IMG/VR virus record: IMGVR_UViG_3300035682_000005
DNA: 64,000 nt
Origin: a virus
Reading direction: 5' to 3' (one strand)
Positions 18,387 through 28,226 of this stretch are shown here, piece after piece (position 1 is the stretch's first letter; each line of letters opens with the position of its first letter). Made by a program: the position numbers and the translations under genes. Under the pieces are notes generated by a model, which saw only the letters and a program-made list of their open reading frames with translations, searched no databases and was not told the DNA's origin.

Positions 18387-20944
18387 GCATTAACGGCTTC
18401 AACGTAAGACTTGCGCCTGCTATCAGTGCCTGTATCTGTGTTAGGCTGACCATCACTTGAACTACTCATGTTGATTGTTGGACCTGGACCAGCTACAGGC
18501 ATTATAGTAGGCGTTTGTGGTGCTGCCTGAGCCAATGCAGTGCTTCTTGATCCATCCGCAACTGTTTGTTGATTTGTCGTCATTTGAGGAACACTAACTG
18601 CCGCTTGCATTATTGGTACATTTGGTGCAATGTTTTGCGGCTCTATTATTCCTTCTGGTGATATTTTGCCGGAATCAATATCTTGCTTTAGTTGCTCTGC
18701 AAGCCCAGCTCGTCTTATATTTTCTTGTGTGCCAGCTGCGTGTCCAGTTGCCTTAGATACTTGATTTACATTACTGTAATCAAATTTGCTTTGTCTGTCT
18801 GCATAATACTGTGCTTGTATTTTTGCTGCGATTGCTGGATCATTCGCAAGATCTGGGTTGCTTACCAAATCAACACCTAGCTTTTCGCTCATATCTGTAT
18901 AATTGTTTTTTCCAGTTAGTTGAACAAGACCTCTGCCTCGATATTTGTATCCCTCATCACCGGCGTTGCCCATTCTTCCGCCATAAATTAAATTGCCCAC
19001 AGCTTCTGGACCTTGATCAACGATTGCTTGTGCTTCTTCTAAAGATCTAACACGAACATTATTTCCACTGCCGGGACCAAATAATCGCATTAAAGTTGTT
19101 GCTGAGTAATTTAAATTTTCACTCTGTGGTTTAAAACCAGACTCGGCTTGAAGGTTTGCTAATATGTTTGCTTGTTGAGTTGGGTCTGTAATTCCTTTAG
19201 CCTGCAACTCTTTCAATGCAAGATTTTTCATATCTTCAGTGCTTTTTGTTCCCCCACTTGGAATTGCTGGTGTTGTCGGCTTGCCCATCATATTTCTCGT
19301 GGCAGTTGAGGCCTTGCGTCCCATTCTGTTTGATAGACTCGCATTTTTTTGTGTTGTGGTATTATCTCTTTGAAATATACCACTTCGTGTTTGTGTGCCA
19401 CCTTGTGTACTTGCTGTTCCTCCAGTAGCTATCGCAGCAATTGCATCTAATGCTTTTAGTGGAAACAATAAGCCAAGACCCTTACCATCTGCACCCAAAA
19501 GATCTTTAATGTCTCTGTTTTTAGTTAAAGATGCTAGTGGCATCACAGATGCTTTTGCGTTTAGTGTGCCTGCTGGAGCTGGTGTTATGCCAGAAGCACC
19601 TGCACCGGTCGGACCATCAAACATACCAGCATCTTTTGCTGCCAGTGCAGCATCAATACCAACACTTCCGGCAGTACCCAAACCAGGTAGTGTTGATGCG
19701 GCACCTGATGCGAGTTCTAGGCCAGCACCTTTGAAGTCACCCGATAGTGCTCTTTGTATTGCAAAAATTCCACCTGCGCCAAGACCTAGAAGGGGTATTT
19801 TTTTTAGCAAAGATTTTCCACCCATCTTTGCAACACCACCAAGTGCTTTACCAGCTATACCACCTTTAAGTATACTTCCGATACCGCCGACTGCCTTGCC
19901 AGCACCCCTAAAGACACCTCTTGCTAATTTTCCAGCTCCTTTTGCAGCTGCACCTATACCCAGCATATCAAGAGCAGTGTCTACTATTCCGCCGCCTGAT
20001 TGGTTGCTTGACTCACCTGGTGAGCCTTGTACATCTTGATTAGACCTATCTCTTGTCAATTTGAGTGGATTGTTTCTTGATGCTTCCCGTGTGGCTTCAA
20101 GATCATCTAGTTTTCTATCTTTTGCTTGAGTTTTTTGCCAACTATTGTATTTGTTCAGTTCGCGCAATTCGTTTAAAAGCTCAGTGGTAACAACATCTTT
20201 CATCGCCGCAATGTTTTGTGCCATGTCTTGCATGTATTCCATGCCAGCGCCGCTTGCTTGTGTTGTATATGCTGGTGCCGTATTGTCATGAACATACTCA
20301 ACACCAGACATTTTTGTTGTTGGTCGAGTAAAGAAGTTTTTGCCACCTTTGCTTCCACCTTTGCCCTTGCCTGGCTTAACATTATTTTCTTTTTCAAGTT
20401 CTCTTGCATACATTTGCTCAGAGTCTTTGCGAAGCACCTCGTTTCTTGATCGTAGTGTTTGTGCTCTTTTTTGTTTTTGTTCTTTGATTTTTCGAGCAGC
20501 GAATGTGCCTGTACTCAACATTGCTTTAAATAATGGAAATTCATCAAGTGCCGAGTCTAATGCATTGACAATGTTTGATGACGCGCCATCAAGAAGTTTT
20601 GAAATATCGGCAAACTTTTTGTTATACTGATCTTTGTGGCCGCGTACCGCACTTTGAACTTTTGTGTACGCCGCAAATACCTTTTTTTGTTCTCTAGGTT
20701 CAAGAGATGCTTTGAGTAAATATTCTCTAAGTTGATCTAGTCTAACGAGTCGTGTTTTTAATCCATCAAGTGTGTCAGCATCGGCGCCAGATGCAATATC
20801 ATAAAGCATTTCCATTGCTTTCAAGCCAGTGTTGCTGTGCGGCTTGTACTTCACGCGAAGATCTGTCATCAACCCGGCGTATGGCTCTTGTGACTTGGTA
20901 GATTGCTCTTTGATTTGTTTTTTGAGTTTGTCGCTAAGTTTCAT
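18383..20944 (-). CDS. tape-measure/baseplate-hub-like protein with C-terminal GH19 (lysozyme/chitinase-like) domain
   Basis: Helical N-terminus; G/A-rich KKIPLLGL segment; AESGF..ENLNYS, IYGGRMGN, GYKYRGRGLVQLTGKNNY; follows gp26/gp51. Confidence 0.75.
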   Translation of the reverse strand: MKLSDKLKKQIKEQSTKSQEPYAGLMTDLRVKYKPHSNTGLKAMEMLYDIASGADADTLDGLKTRLVRLDQLREYLLKASLEPREQKKVFAAYTKVQSAVRGHKDQYNKKFADISKLLDGASSNIVNALDSALDEFPLFKAMLSTGTFAARKIKEQKQKRAQTLRSRNEVLRKDSEQMYARELEKENNVKPGKGKGGSKGGKNFFTRPTTKMSGVEYVHDNTAPAYTTQASGAGMEYMQDMAQNIAAMKDVVTTELLNELRELNKYNSWQKTQAKDRKLDDLEATREASRNNPLKLTRDRSNQDVQGSPGESSNQSGGGIVDTALDMLGIGAAAKGAGKLARGVFRGAGKAVGGIGSILKGGIAGKALGGVAKMGGKSLLKKIPLLGLGAGGIFAIQRALSGDFKGAGLELASGAASTLPGLGTAGSVGIDAALAAKDAGMFDGPTGAGASGITPAPAGTLNAKASVMPLASLTKNRDIKDLLGADGKGLGLLFPLKALDAIAAIATGGTASTQGGTQTRSGIFQRDNTTTQKNASLSNRMGRKASTATRNMMGKPTTPAIPSGGTKSTEDMKNLALKELQAKGITDPTQQANILANLQAESGFKPQSENLNYSATTLMRLFGPGSGNNVRVRSLEEAQAIVDQGPEAVGNLIYGGRMGNAGDEGYKYRGRGLVQLTGKNNYTDMSEKLGVDLVSNPDLANDPAIAAKIQAQYYADRQSKFDYSNVNQVSKATGHAAGTQENIRRAGLAEQLKQDIDSGKISPEGIIEPQNIAPNVPIMQAAVSVPQMTTNQQTVADGSRSTALAQAAPQTPTIMPVAGPGPTINMSSSSDGQPNTDTGTDSRRKSYVEAVNA

Positions 20945-20985
20945 TCAAGTTGTGTCCGTACCAAGTCAAGTTTGGATATACAACT

Positions 20986-21153
20986 CTATTTATTCTGATC
21001 CTGTAGCTCTTTTAAGAATGACGCAAGCATTTCCACATACACATCAAGCTCATATGGAATGAGTGATTCCAATTCTGTAAGTGAGTATTTGTGGTGCTGA
21101 ACCATGCTGAATAGCGTCTGATAGTAGATCGCTAGACTTGTATGACCCAGCAT
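20986..21153 (-). CDS. gp51: baseplate hub assembly protein gp51-like
   Basis: YYQTLFSMVQHHKYSLTELESLIPYE. Confidence 0.85.
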   Translation of the reverse strand: MLGHTSLAIYYQTLFSMVQHHKYSLTELESLIPYELDVYVEMLASFLKELQDQNK

Positions 21154-21884
21154 TATGCGAAAAAATCTTCTAATCCAGAAAGCAAGTAGTCTTGCTGAAA
21201 CGAACACTCAGAACACTTGATACTGATCTTTTGTTCAAGTTTTGGCATGTTTGCTAAGAAAATCTCGATAGCTTTAAACTGATCGCCACTGAGGTTTTCT
21301 AAGAACTCAATACCTTCTTGCGTTGATACATCTTTTGCAGATGTGATTGTGTCAACATCATACACAAAATCGACACAAGCCCAAATAAGTTTGAAAATGT
21401 TTGTAAGATCGTTTTTTGTTTTTGCAGCTTGAAGAAGTGCAAAATGTTTAGCTGTTGGATATTTGAGTTGAAGACCAACAGTATCAGTAATCTTTACTTT
21501 CTTCTCAGCACCTTCAAGGTGTTCTACCTTTGCATCTTTCAAGTTGACTTGAACTTCACGATGATTTGAGCATTCAGGGCACGTGGTGTTCTGCACAGGC
21601 AAGAAACGAATCGTTGTTGTGTCACCAATACTCAAGATGCGTAGTTGAAGAATAAGATACTCGAAATCGAAGATCTCAAGTTTATCAACATCAATTCCTG
21701 GCGTCACAATGCAGTTTGAGACAATCTGTTTTGTTGCATTGGCAACATCATCAGATTCGCCGCTCTCCATGGCAGTAAGAAGAATTTTTTCCTCTTTGAC
21801 TAAGAATGGACGTACAGTGATTGCCTTTTGTGTTGAGGGAATAATTACAGTATGCGTAGGTACATCAATCTTTGGTAAGCCCAT
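21153..21884 (-). CDS. gp26: baseplate hub subunit gp26
   Basis: LPKIDVP; RPFLVKEEKILL; DFEYLILQLR; MPKL; LSGLEDFF. Confidence 0.9.
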   Translation of the reverse strand: MGLPKIDVPTHTVIIPSTQKAITVRPFLVKEEKILLTAMESGESDDVANATKQIVSNCIVTPGIDVDKLEIFDFEYLILQLRILSIGDTTTIRFLPVQNTTCPECSNHREVQVNLKDAKVEHLEGAEKKVKITDTVGLQLKYPTAKHFALLQAAKTKNDLTNIFKLIWACVDFVYDVDTITSAKDVSTQEGIEFLENLSGDQFKAIEIFLANMPKLEQKISIKCSECSFQQDYLLSGLEDFFA

Positions 21885-21926
21885 TGTTCACTCCACGAAT
21901 TAAAAATGCTCGTGTAAGTATATATG

Positions 21927-22595
21927 CTACCCAAAAGGCTTGAGGTTTGGGTTATTTGGCATAGCAAAATCAAGAACAGATTTCCATTTGCTGTATGCGA
22001 ATTGTACGGTGAGTTTCAAGTATTCTGTATCTCCATAGCTTAACTCTTGTGCTTGAATGGAAATTGGATATGCTTCTTGAAGCACATACTTAGAATTTTT
22101 TTCACCAACATTTGGTTGTGTGTTGTTGGAGATTTTTTGAATGATAATGCTGCCCACATAGTTTTCATAAAACTCCATGTATTGTGAGCCTGGTGAGATG
22201 ATGGTTTGTTGCCACACATCGAAAAACGTACGCTCTACCATAGAGTTTGTGCAAATGAATGTTGCGGTAAAATCTTCGTATAACACACCATATGGCATTT
22301 TTCGTACAGTACCAAAGATTCTGTGCTCAGTTGATAGCAATTGTCTGCCTGGTATTGATATAGACTCAGCAAGCATTGAAACTTGGCTTGCTTTATTTTT
22401 TAAGAACCCAGTTTTGAAAAGATCCCCGGCAGTGTTTGATATTGCACCCAGTAAATCGCCGCCAAGTCCTTGTTCAATTGCCGATGAGATATTCAAAAAA
22501 GCAGCTGGCGGTACAATGTTTAGAACATACTGACACCCTAATGCAGGGCCACCAGATTTATTGATTATCTCTTTAATTGCGTTTACGTTTGCCAT
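21927..22595 (-). CDS. tail-tube initiator/tail-tube-fold protein (gp54/gp19-like)
   Basis: SIPGRQL; RKMPYG; FFDVWQ; EAYPISI; LTVQFAY. Confidence 0.75.
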   Translation of the reverse strand: MANVNAIKEIINKSGGPALGCQYVLNIVPPAAFLNISSAIEQGLGGDLLGAISNTAGDLFKTGFLKNKASQVSMLAESISIPGRQLLSTEHRIFGTVRKMPYGVLYEDFTATFICTNSMVERTFFDVWQQTIISPGSQYMEFYENYVGSIIIQKISNNTQPNVGEKNSKYVLQEAYPISIQAQELSYGDTEYLKLTVQFAYSKWKSVLDFAMPNNPNLKPFG

Positions 22596-23205
22596 TTCTG
22601 TTTTCCTCTATGATTCGCCTCGATATGTTCCAGACTCTTCTCTTAGCCACTTTTACAAATCGTTCTGTTGGTAAAAACAGAGCAAGTTCCCACTCATCTG
22701 GTGTAAGAGTGTACAACATGTTTCCTATTTGAGATCGTTTGTATGACCGCAAACATGCCTGGTAGTGAACAAGTTTGTTTGACAGTTTTAACATCGAGTA
22801 CGTTATATTTATTCTGATAACACCAGCTACACTCGTTCTTTGATATGCTTCTAACTTGCTCATGAAATCCGCTCTATCACCAGGTGATAAGTAATGAAAA
22901 TTCAGTCCTATGAATCCACCAGGTATCAACTTGATCACAAGTACAAGTGGAAACACATCATAATACTTCAGCTGGGCTTTTGTTGCAGGGTTGTACTTGA
23001 ATGTGATAATGTTGCCTGGTATGGGCTTGTTTGGGTAATTTGCTTTATCAAAGAACTTTTCTGGGTCTGTCTCGGTTGTGCCAAAGACATCTTTTATTTT
23101 TCGTTTGTACCAATTGAGAGAACGCAAGCTCATTTCAGCGAACTTCTCATTTTTTATAGAGAGTTCAACCATATCGTTAAAGTAAGTTCTTGGCTTGGTT
23201 TTCAT
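22573..23205 (-). CDS. gp2: DNA end protector gp2
   Basis: YYDVFPLV; GFIGLNFHYL; WELALFLPTERF. Confidence 0.9.
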   Translation of the reverse strand: MKTKPRTYFNDMVELSIKNEKFAEMSLRSLNWYKRKIKDVFGTTETDPEKFFDKANYPNKPIPGNIITFKYNPATKAQLKYYDVFPLVLVIKLIPGGFIGLNFHYLSPGDRADFMSKLEAYQRTSVAGVIRINITYSMLKLSNKLVHYQACLRSYKRSQIGNMLYTLTPDEWELALFLPTERFVKVAKRRVWNISRRIIEENRNGKRKRN

Positions 23206-23217
23206 TAAAGGTATTTA

Positions 23218-23673
23218 TTAGCTTCCAAGAATTTTTATACCCAGTGTTGCAAGACTTTTCTCAGTCCATACTTGAAACGACGCGCCTTGTGCCTTTGCAG
23301 CATGAGATGCCGCTTTCCATTTTGCTTGATTCTTGACGTATTGATACACTTCGGTGATGTATCGTTTCTTTGATGTGCGAGTTGTTTTTTTGGATTGTTC
23401 AGGGGGTCGTGTGTATTTGTCAGGTTTCAACTCAATCCACAAATGCTTGCCGTCTTTGAACGTAGCTGTGAAATCAATAAAGTATCTGTGCCACGATCCG
23501 TCGGTGGGGCATAAATATGGAATGACTACTTCTTCAGATGACCACGAGACAACACTTGGGTTACTATCACACCACATCATGACAGAAAATTCCCATGATG
23601 AGCGATAGTAGATGTTTTTATCATCACCTAAATACTTCGATGGGTTTTTCAATTTAAACTGACCTTGGTGCAT
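23218..23673 (-). CDS. gp4: head completion protein gp4
   Basis: KNPSKYLGD; YRSSWE; WSSEEVVIPY; HRYFIDF; ELKP; NQAKWKAA. Confidence 0.93.
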   Translation of the reverse strand: MHQGQFKLKNPSKYLGDDKNIYYRSSWEFSVMMWCDSNPSVVSWSSEEVVIPYLCPTDGSWHRYFIDFTATFKDGKHLWIELKPDKYTRPPEQSKKTTRTSKKRYITEVYQYVKNQAKWKAASHAAKAQGASFQVWTEKSLATLGIKILGS

Positions 23674-24621
23674 ATGGCTGGCTTTTTAGACCTTGTAAAA
23701 AAATTAAAGGGATCTTCTGTTATTGACGAACTTGCGTCAGCAGCTGGTGTGCCCTCATCACTTGTCAATCTATTTAACTCAGGTCCAGATGTGAATACAT
23801 TTATGCCTGAGAATCCAACTCGTGATGGTCAATCTGGTGAAAATGACGACAGGTCATATACAGACGGAAGCTCAATTTATTATCCACACGATCTTTTTGA
23901 GAATCAAACATCAGCTTACATATATTTTATGGTGCGTGACTCTCAGGCATCAAACTCTACCATGTATTCATCTGGCACTACAGCCACCGCAGGAAACACC
24001 GGCGCGGCAAGTTTGTTTAAACGCTTGGCGTTGTATATGCCGCCGTCAGTCAAAGTGAATTATGGCACTAAATGGGAAGAAGTTAGTTTGGCAGTAAGCA
24101 GAAACTTGGACATGGTAAAAAATATTGGGTCCGGCGGCACCGCCACGGAAGCAGCCATCATTGCGGGTATGGCGGCTGATAAGGCGATGGGTACTCAAGC
24201 ATTTCAAAATGAGGCTGAATTTCGTTCAAAAGGTATTCTTGATCCTCAAGCAGCATTACTCTTCAAAGGTGTGGAGTTTAGAGAGTTTCAATTTGATTTT
24301 CAACTTCTTGCTAGAACAAAAGAAGAAAGTGAAAACATTCGCAAAATCATCAAAACATTTAAGTGGGCAATGCATCCAGCAAAAGGTGGTGGAGTTACAT
24401 GGCAATACCCATGTTTTTTTGAAGTATATCTTCTGACACCAACACGCAAGTACATGTTTAACATTATGAATTCTGCGCTCATCAGAATGGACGTTGACTA
24501 TGGAGGCTCAGGCATTCCAGCATTCTTTAGAGAGAATGGTGCGCCCGTAGACATTCGATTGTCACTTACGTTCAAGGAACTTCAAGTATTGACGAAGGAA
24601 ATGATTCTTAAAGATTACTAA
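23674..24621 (+). CDS. gp48: baseplate tail-tube cap gp48
   Basis: LYMPP; LLFKGVEFREFQFDF; IIKTFKWAMHP; LTFKELQVLTKE. Confidence 0.85.
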   Translation: MAGFLDLVKKLKGSSVIDELASAAGVPSSLVNLFNSGPDVNTFMPENPTRDGQSGENDDRSYTDGSSIYYPHDLFENQTSAYIYFMVRDSQASNSTMYSSGTTATAGNTGAASLFKRLALYMPPSVKVNYGTKWEEVSLAVSRNLDMVKNIGSGGTATEAAIIAGMAADKAMGTQAFQNEAEFRSKGILDPQAALLFKGVEFREFQFDFQLLARTKEESENIRKIIKTFKWAMHPAKGGGVTWQYPCFFEVYLLTPTRKYMFNIMNSALIRMDVDYGGSGIPAFFRENGAPVDIRLSLTFKELQVLTKEMILKDY

Positions 24622-24623
24622 TT

Positions 24624-25154
24624 ATGAAACACTTTCATTACTTTCCTCAAGTAGAATACGGCGCCGAGACCGCAGTCAACATTATGGTCAGAGGCAAGAT
24701 CAGAGATGCAATCTTGCAGCGCACAGCATTGTACTATAAGTACACTATTACACCAGGTGAACGACCAGACATTATTGCGGCAAAGTATTACGACAACCCA
24801 CGACACACTTGGGCTCTTTTTTACGCAAACAACATGTTTCATCCAATACATGACTGGCCTATGGATGATGCAGTGTTCACAAAGTATCTTGAGACAAAAT
24901 ATGGTGTTTCATACCCACGTGGCGCCCTCGCATTTCCACACCACTATGAATTGCTAGATACGGCAACAAATAAGCGATTGATTATTGACGAAGCTACATA
25001 CACGTTGTATAAAACAGACACAACTCGGAAAGTAAGATCTGTTAGTGTGTATCAACACGAAGTCGAAATGAATGATAACAAAAGAAATATCGTGATTCTT
25101 GACAAGTCATACATACTAGACTTGACAAACGAGTTGAGCAAACTTTTCAAGTAA
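24624..25154 (+). CDS. gp53: baseplate wedge gp53
   Basis: FHYFP; GERPDIIAAKYY; DWPM; HHYE; NDNKRNI. Confidence 0.9.
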   Translation: MKHFHYFPQVEYGAETAVNIMVRGKIRDAILQRTALYYKYTITPGERPDIIAAKYYDNPRHTWALFYANNMFHPIHDWPMDDAVFTKYLETKYGVSYPRGALAFPHHYELLDTATNKRLIIDEATYTLYKTDTTRKVRSVSVYQHEVEMNDNKRNIVILDKSYILDLTNELSKLFK

Positions 25155-25160
25155 TTCGCT

Positions 25161-26642
25161 ATGGCAACATTTCCACATGAGTATCAGTATAATCTCAAAG
25201 ATCTGACACTTATATCACACACTGGTAAAGAGATTAGTCTGTACCCTCAGTTTGTTGAGTTTACGTTTGAAGAAACCATTTTTGGTACAACACTACATGG
25301 AACAATATTTGTTGTAGAGTCTATTGATTTGCCTACAATGCTTCCCATGATTGGTGAAGAAAAGATCAGAATCTCATTCACGCGACTTGACGAGAACACT
25401 GGTGATGAGCTTAATCCAATTAGTTTTGAGATGCCCATATACTCACTGTATGGTAAAAAGCAAGATGGAAAATCAGGCAAACGTCAAACATACAATCTTG
25501 CATACTGCTCAAATGCAGTTTACAAAAATTTGAACGCCGTAGTTTCAAAATCGTTCAAGAGCATGCCATATAGCGACATTGTGAAAAACATCTATGAGAC
25601 GTATTTGCAAGAAGATGGCAAACCTATAGAAGTTGAGCCAACAAAAAGCGCAATGAACTATGTTGTGCAGAACCAACGACCAATTAAAGCTATCAAAACA
25701 ATCTGCAAACGATCAACTTCAAACGAAGGTAACGGCTCGTTTTACGTGTTTTTTGAAGATCGAGACAAGTTCAATTTTGTCACAATGAGAAAATTAATAA
25801 AGCAAGATCCAATACGAACATTCTATCAAGGCACAAAAAACATGCCCACGCCTGGTGAAGGCCCCCTTGCTCGTGCGTTTAAGAATCTGTCGCAAGACAT
25901 GTACAATGCATCGACAGTAAAAGAAGAAAGTGGCTTTGATATACTGTCTTCTGCAATGAAAGGTGAGGGTGCATCGAGTATTTTAACGGTCGATCCAATT
26001 CGCAGAAACTTTTCATTCAAAACGTTTGACTTGCGTGGGCAACCACAAGAGCAATCAAACACTCAGACTGGAGAACAATCACCTGCACAATTAATTATTG
26101 ACGGTATAACAAAATTGATTGGTTCGCCTGCACCACTTGAATTCATAACAGGCTCAGACTTTGCGTCTATTGTTGGTGAAGCCGCATCAAAGTCATTTAC
26201 AAACAACAACAAGATGTTTGTGAACCCTCGAACTAATCTTAAAGTTGTCATTGGTGATTCTGGGCAAGATACTCAAGAGTACATATCACAAAAAGATCCC
26301 TCAGTTAGACCATACGCACCAGAAGAGTTCTTAAATCAACGTGAGGCAGAGAAGGCTAGCTTTTTGAAGCATGTTATATCAGCATCGTTACCTGGTGATC
26401 CAACAATCAAAGTTGGCTCCGTCGTGAAGTTTGACATACCAGAAAAGACTGGTCGTATTAGTGATCAGAATCCAGAAGAATTGGATAAGTATCTTCAAGG
26501 CAACTACATTGTAGTGAGTGTTGCACACATTGTAACAAAAGATAGTTACAAAATGAATGTGGAACTTATGAAAAACTCTCCAGAGAACGATATCAATCCA
26601 CGCGACTTGTTTAATGAGTATGGAATTCGCACTGACGAATAA
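25161..26642 (+). CDS. baseplate hub protein (gp27-like)
   Basis: LPMIGEEKI; YVFFE; PGDPTIKVG; GNYIVVSVAH; position after gp53. Confidence 0.65.
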   Translation: MATFPHEYQYNLKDLTLISHTGKEISLYPQFVEFTFEETIFGTTLHGTIFVVESIDLPTMLPMIGEEKIRISFTRLDENTGDELNPISFEMPIYSLYGKKQDGKSGKRQTYNLAYCSNAVYKNLNAVVSKSFKSMPYSDIVKNIYETYLQEDGKPIEVEPTKSAMNYVVQNQRPIKAIKTICKRSTSNEGNGSFYVFFEDRDKFNFVTMRKLIKQDPIRTFYQGTKNMPTPGEGPLARAFKNLSQDMYNASTVKEESGFDILSSAMKGEGASSILTVDPIRRNFSFKTFDLRGQPQEQSNTQTGEQSPAQLIIDGITKLIGSPAPLEFITGSDFASIVGEAASKSFTNNNKMFVNPRTNLKVVIGDSGQDTQEYISQKDPSVRPYAPEEFLNQREAEKASFLKHVISASLPGDPTIKVGSVVKFDIPEKTGRISDQNPEELDKYLQGNYIVVSVAHIVTKDSYKMNVELMKNSPENDINPRDLFNEYGIRTDE

Positions 26643-26742
26643 TACTTCCATCCATTCTTGGCAATTCAGTTGAATTATTTACTAGACTGTTCTTCAGCCT
26701 GTGTTATACTGTACTCATCCTTATTTAAGGGGAATTGTAAAA

Positions 26743-26925
26743 GTGACTAATAAGAAAGTGTCTGATCACAAAGACAATAAAAAAACTAAAGATGTTTCCG
26801 AAGAGTTGAAACGAAAAAAAGCTCTCAAGAAACTTCAACAAGAAGATGAAGAGGAGAACTACTTTTCTGAGCTACTAGAAGACGTTGATGATGACGTATA
26901 TCAAATGCTCAAGAAATTGAAGTAA
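26743..26925 (+). CDS. small charged hypothetical protein
   Basis: GTG after AAGGGG. Confidence 0.5.
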   Translation: MTNKKVSDHKDNKKTKDVSEELKRKKALKKLQQEDEEENYFSELLEDVDDDVYQMLKKLK

Positions 26926-26931
26926 TTTATT

Positions 26932-27351
26932 ATGAATCGTAAATTGTATTACCTTGCTTCACCATATACACACAAAGATCCTGTTATTAAGAAGCATCGC
27001 GCAGACGCCGTAACAGAAACCGCCGTTGATCTATTACACCATGGCATATTTGTATTTGCACCTATCTCATATAACGAGCCGTGGGAAAAATATAATCTTC
27101 CTGGAGATTGGAACTTTTGGTGCGAATTTGATAAAACATTTGTAGAGCGTTGCGACGGTGGCATCATTGTGTTAATGCTTGATGGATGGGATAAGAGCGT
27201 CGGCGTTACAGCCGAGATTGATTTTGCAAAATCTTGCGGACTTCCCATATACTATGCGACACAAGATCAGATCAAAAATGGAGACCTGAGTTTCTTGATG
27301 CCCGAATCATCGAAACAGCGCGGATTGTTCTGTGCGTATTCTAAACTATAG
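26932..27351 (+). CDS. DUF1937 / nucleoside 2-deoxyribosyltransferase-fold protein
   Basis: YYLASPYT; FAPI; D..FVERCD; GWDKSVGVTAEI. Confidence 0.75.
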   Translation: MNRKLYYLASPYTHKDPVIKKHRADAVTETAVDLLHHGIFVFAPISYNEPWEKYNLPGDWNFWCEFDKTFVERCDGGIIVLMLDGWDKSVGVTAEIDFAKSCGLPIYYATQDQIKNGDLSFLMPESSKQRGLFCAYSKL

Positions 27352-27359
27352 GATGAATT

Positions 27360-27647
27360 ATGCCATACATTAAACAAGACCACAGAAAGCAACTAGAATC
27401 GTCGCTCAGTGATTTGGCACAAAACATTGCAGAAACCGCAGGCAACGATATTTCAGTTTTACCTGGTTTGTTGAACTACACTATAACATGTCTTGTTAAA
27501 CGGTGCTACGCAGCATTCAAAACAAAGATGTCATATGCAGATCACAATGCAGTGGTGGGAATGCTCGATTGTGCAAAGATGGAGTTTTATCGCAGAGCAA
27601 CAGCACCATATGAAGATGAAAAGGTGATAGAAAATGGTGATGTGTAA
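27360..27647 (+). CDS. conserved phage hypothetical protein
   Basis: MPYIK...GLLNY...GMLDCAKMEFYRR..APYED.K..ENGDV. Confidence 0.7.
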   Translation: MPYIKQDHRKQLESSLSDLAQNIAETAGNDISVLPGLLNYTITCLVKRCYAAFKTKMSYADHNAVVGMLDCAKMEFYRRATAPYEDEKVIENGDV

Positions 27648-27761
27648 CGGTGATACTTTTGTTGGTGTTGCTTACACAGGCTGAGCAGACAAGTCTGTTC
27701 AGAGGTAATGAAGAATTTGGTATATTGTTTACTACATTTAGAAAATTGTGGGAGATTGAAA

Positions 27762-27995
27762 ATGAGTGCGACTGTTGTAGATCCAATAGCTGTAAAAATT
27801 GCACAAAAATTAAGCGTCATTCGTACGGCCGAACGAGAAAAGGTTGTATCACAAAACAAACTAGAGTCTTTGCTTGAAGAAGTTGATGTTGAAAAAGAGC
27901 GCCTAAATAGGCTTGATTCAATCATCACATCGACAAAATATCAGATAACACACTGTATAAACGATTCGCAAGAATTGTCTGTTGTTGGAGAATAA
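27762..27995 (+). CDS. coiled-coil hypothetical protein
   Basis: ATG after GGGAG. Confidence 0.5.
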   Translation: MSATVVDPIAVKIAQKLSVIRTAEREKVVSQNKLESLLEEVDVEKERLNRLDSIITSTKYQITHCINDSQELSVVGE

Positions 27996-27996
27996 T

Positions 27997-28224
27997 ATGG
28001 TCAAGAAATTTCTTATGGGGTTTATTATAGGGGCAACAATCACTAGCACGTTTTGTGGTTGTGCTACGAAAGTTAAAGGTGGCGCAGGCGTCGTATCGCA
28101 GCAAGTGGTTGCTTGTGTTGATCCAGAGCAGTGCAAAAAGACCATGGCTAAAGATTGTAAAAAAGGTGGCACTATTCACAAAATAGCACCTGCAATTGCT
28201 GTACAATATTCGTGCAATCCTTAA
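27997..28224 (+). CDS. putative lipoprotein
   Basis: GGAG SD; signal peptide with CGC lipobox-like site. Confidence 0.55.
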   Translation: MVKKFLMGFIIGATITSTFCGCATKVKGGAGVVSQQVVACVDPEQCKKTMAKDCKKGGTIHKIAPAIAVQYSCNP

Positions 28225-28226
28225 TC

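Noticed and set aside
19395-20039. 214-aa + strand ORF and similar antisense ORFs
   Set aside because: Shadow frames of well-supported genes on the opposite strand.
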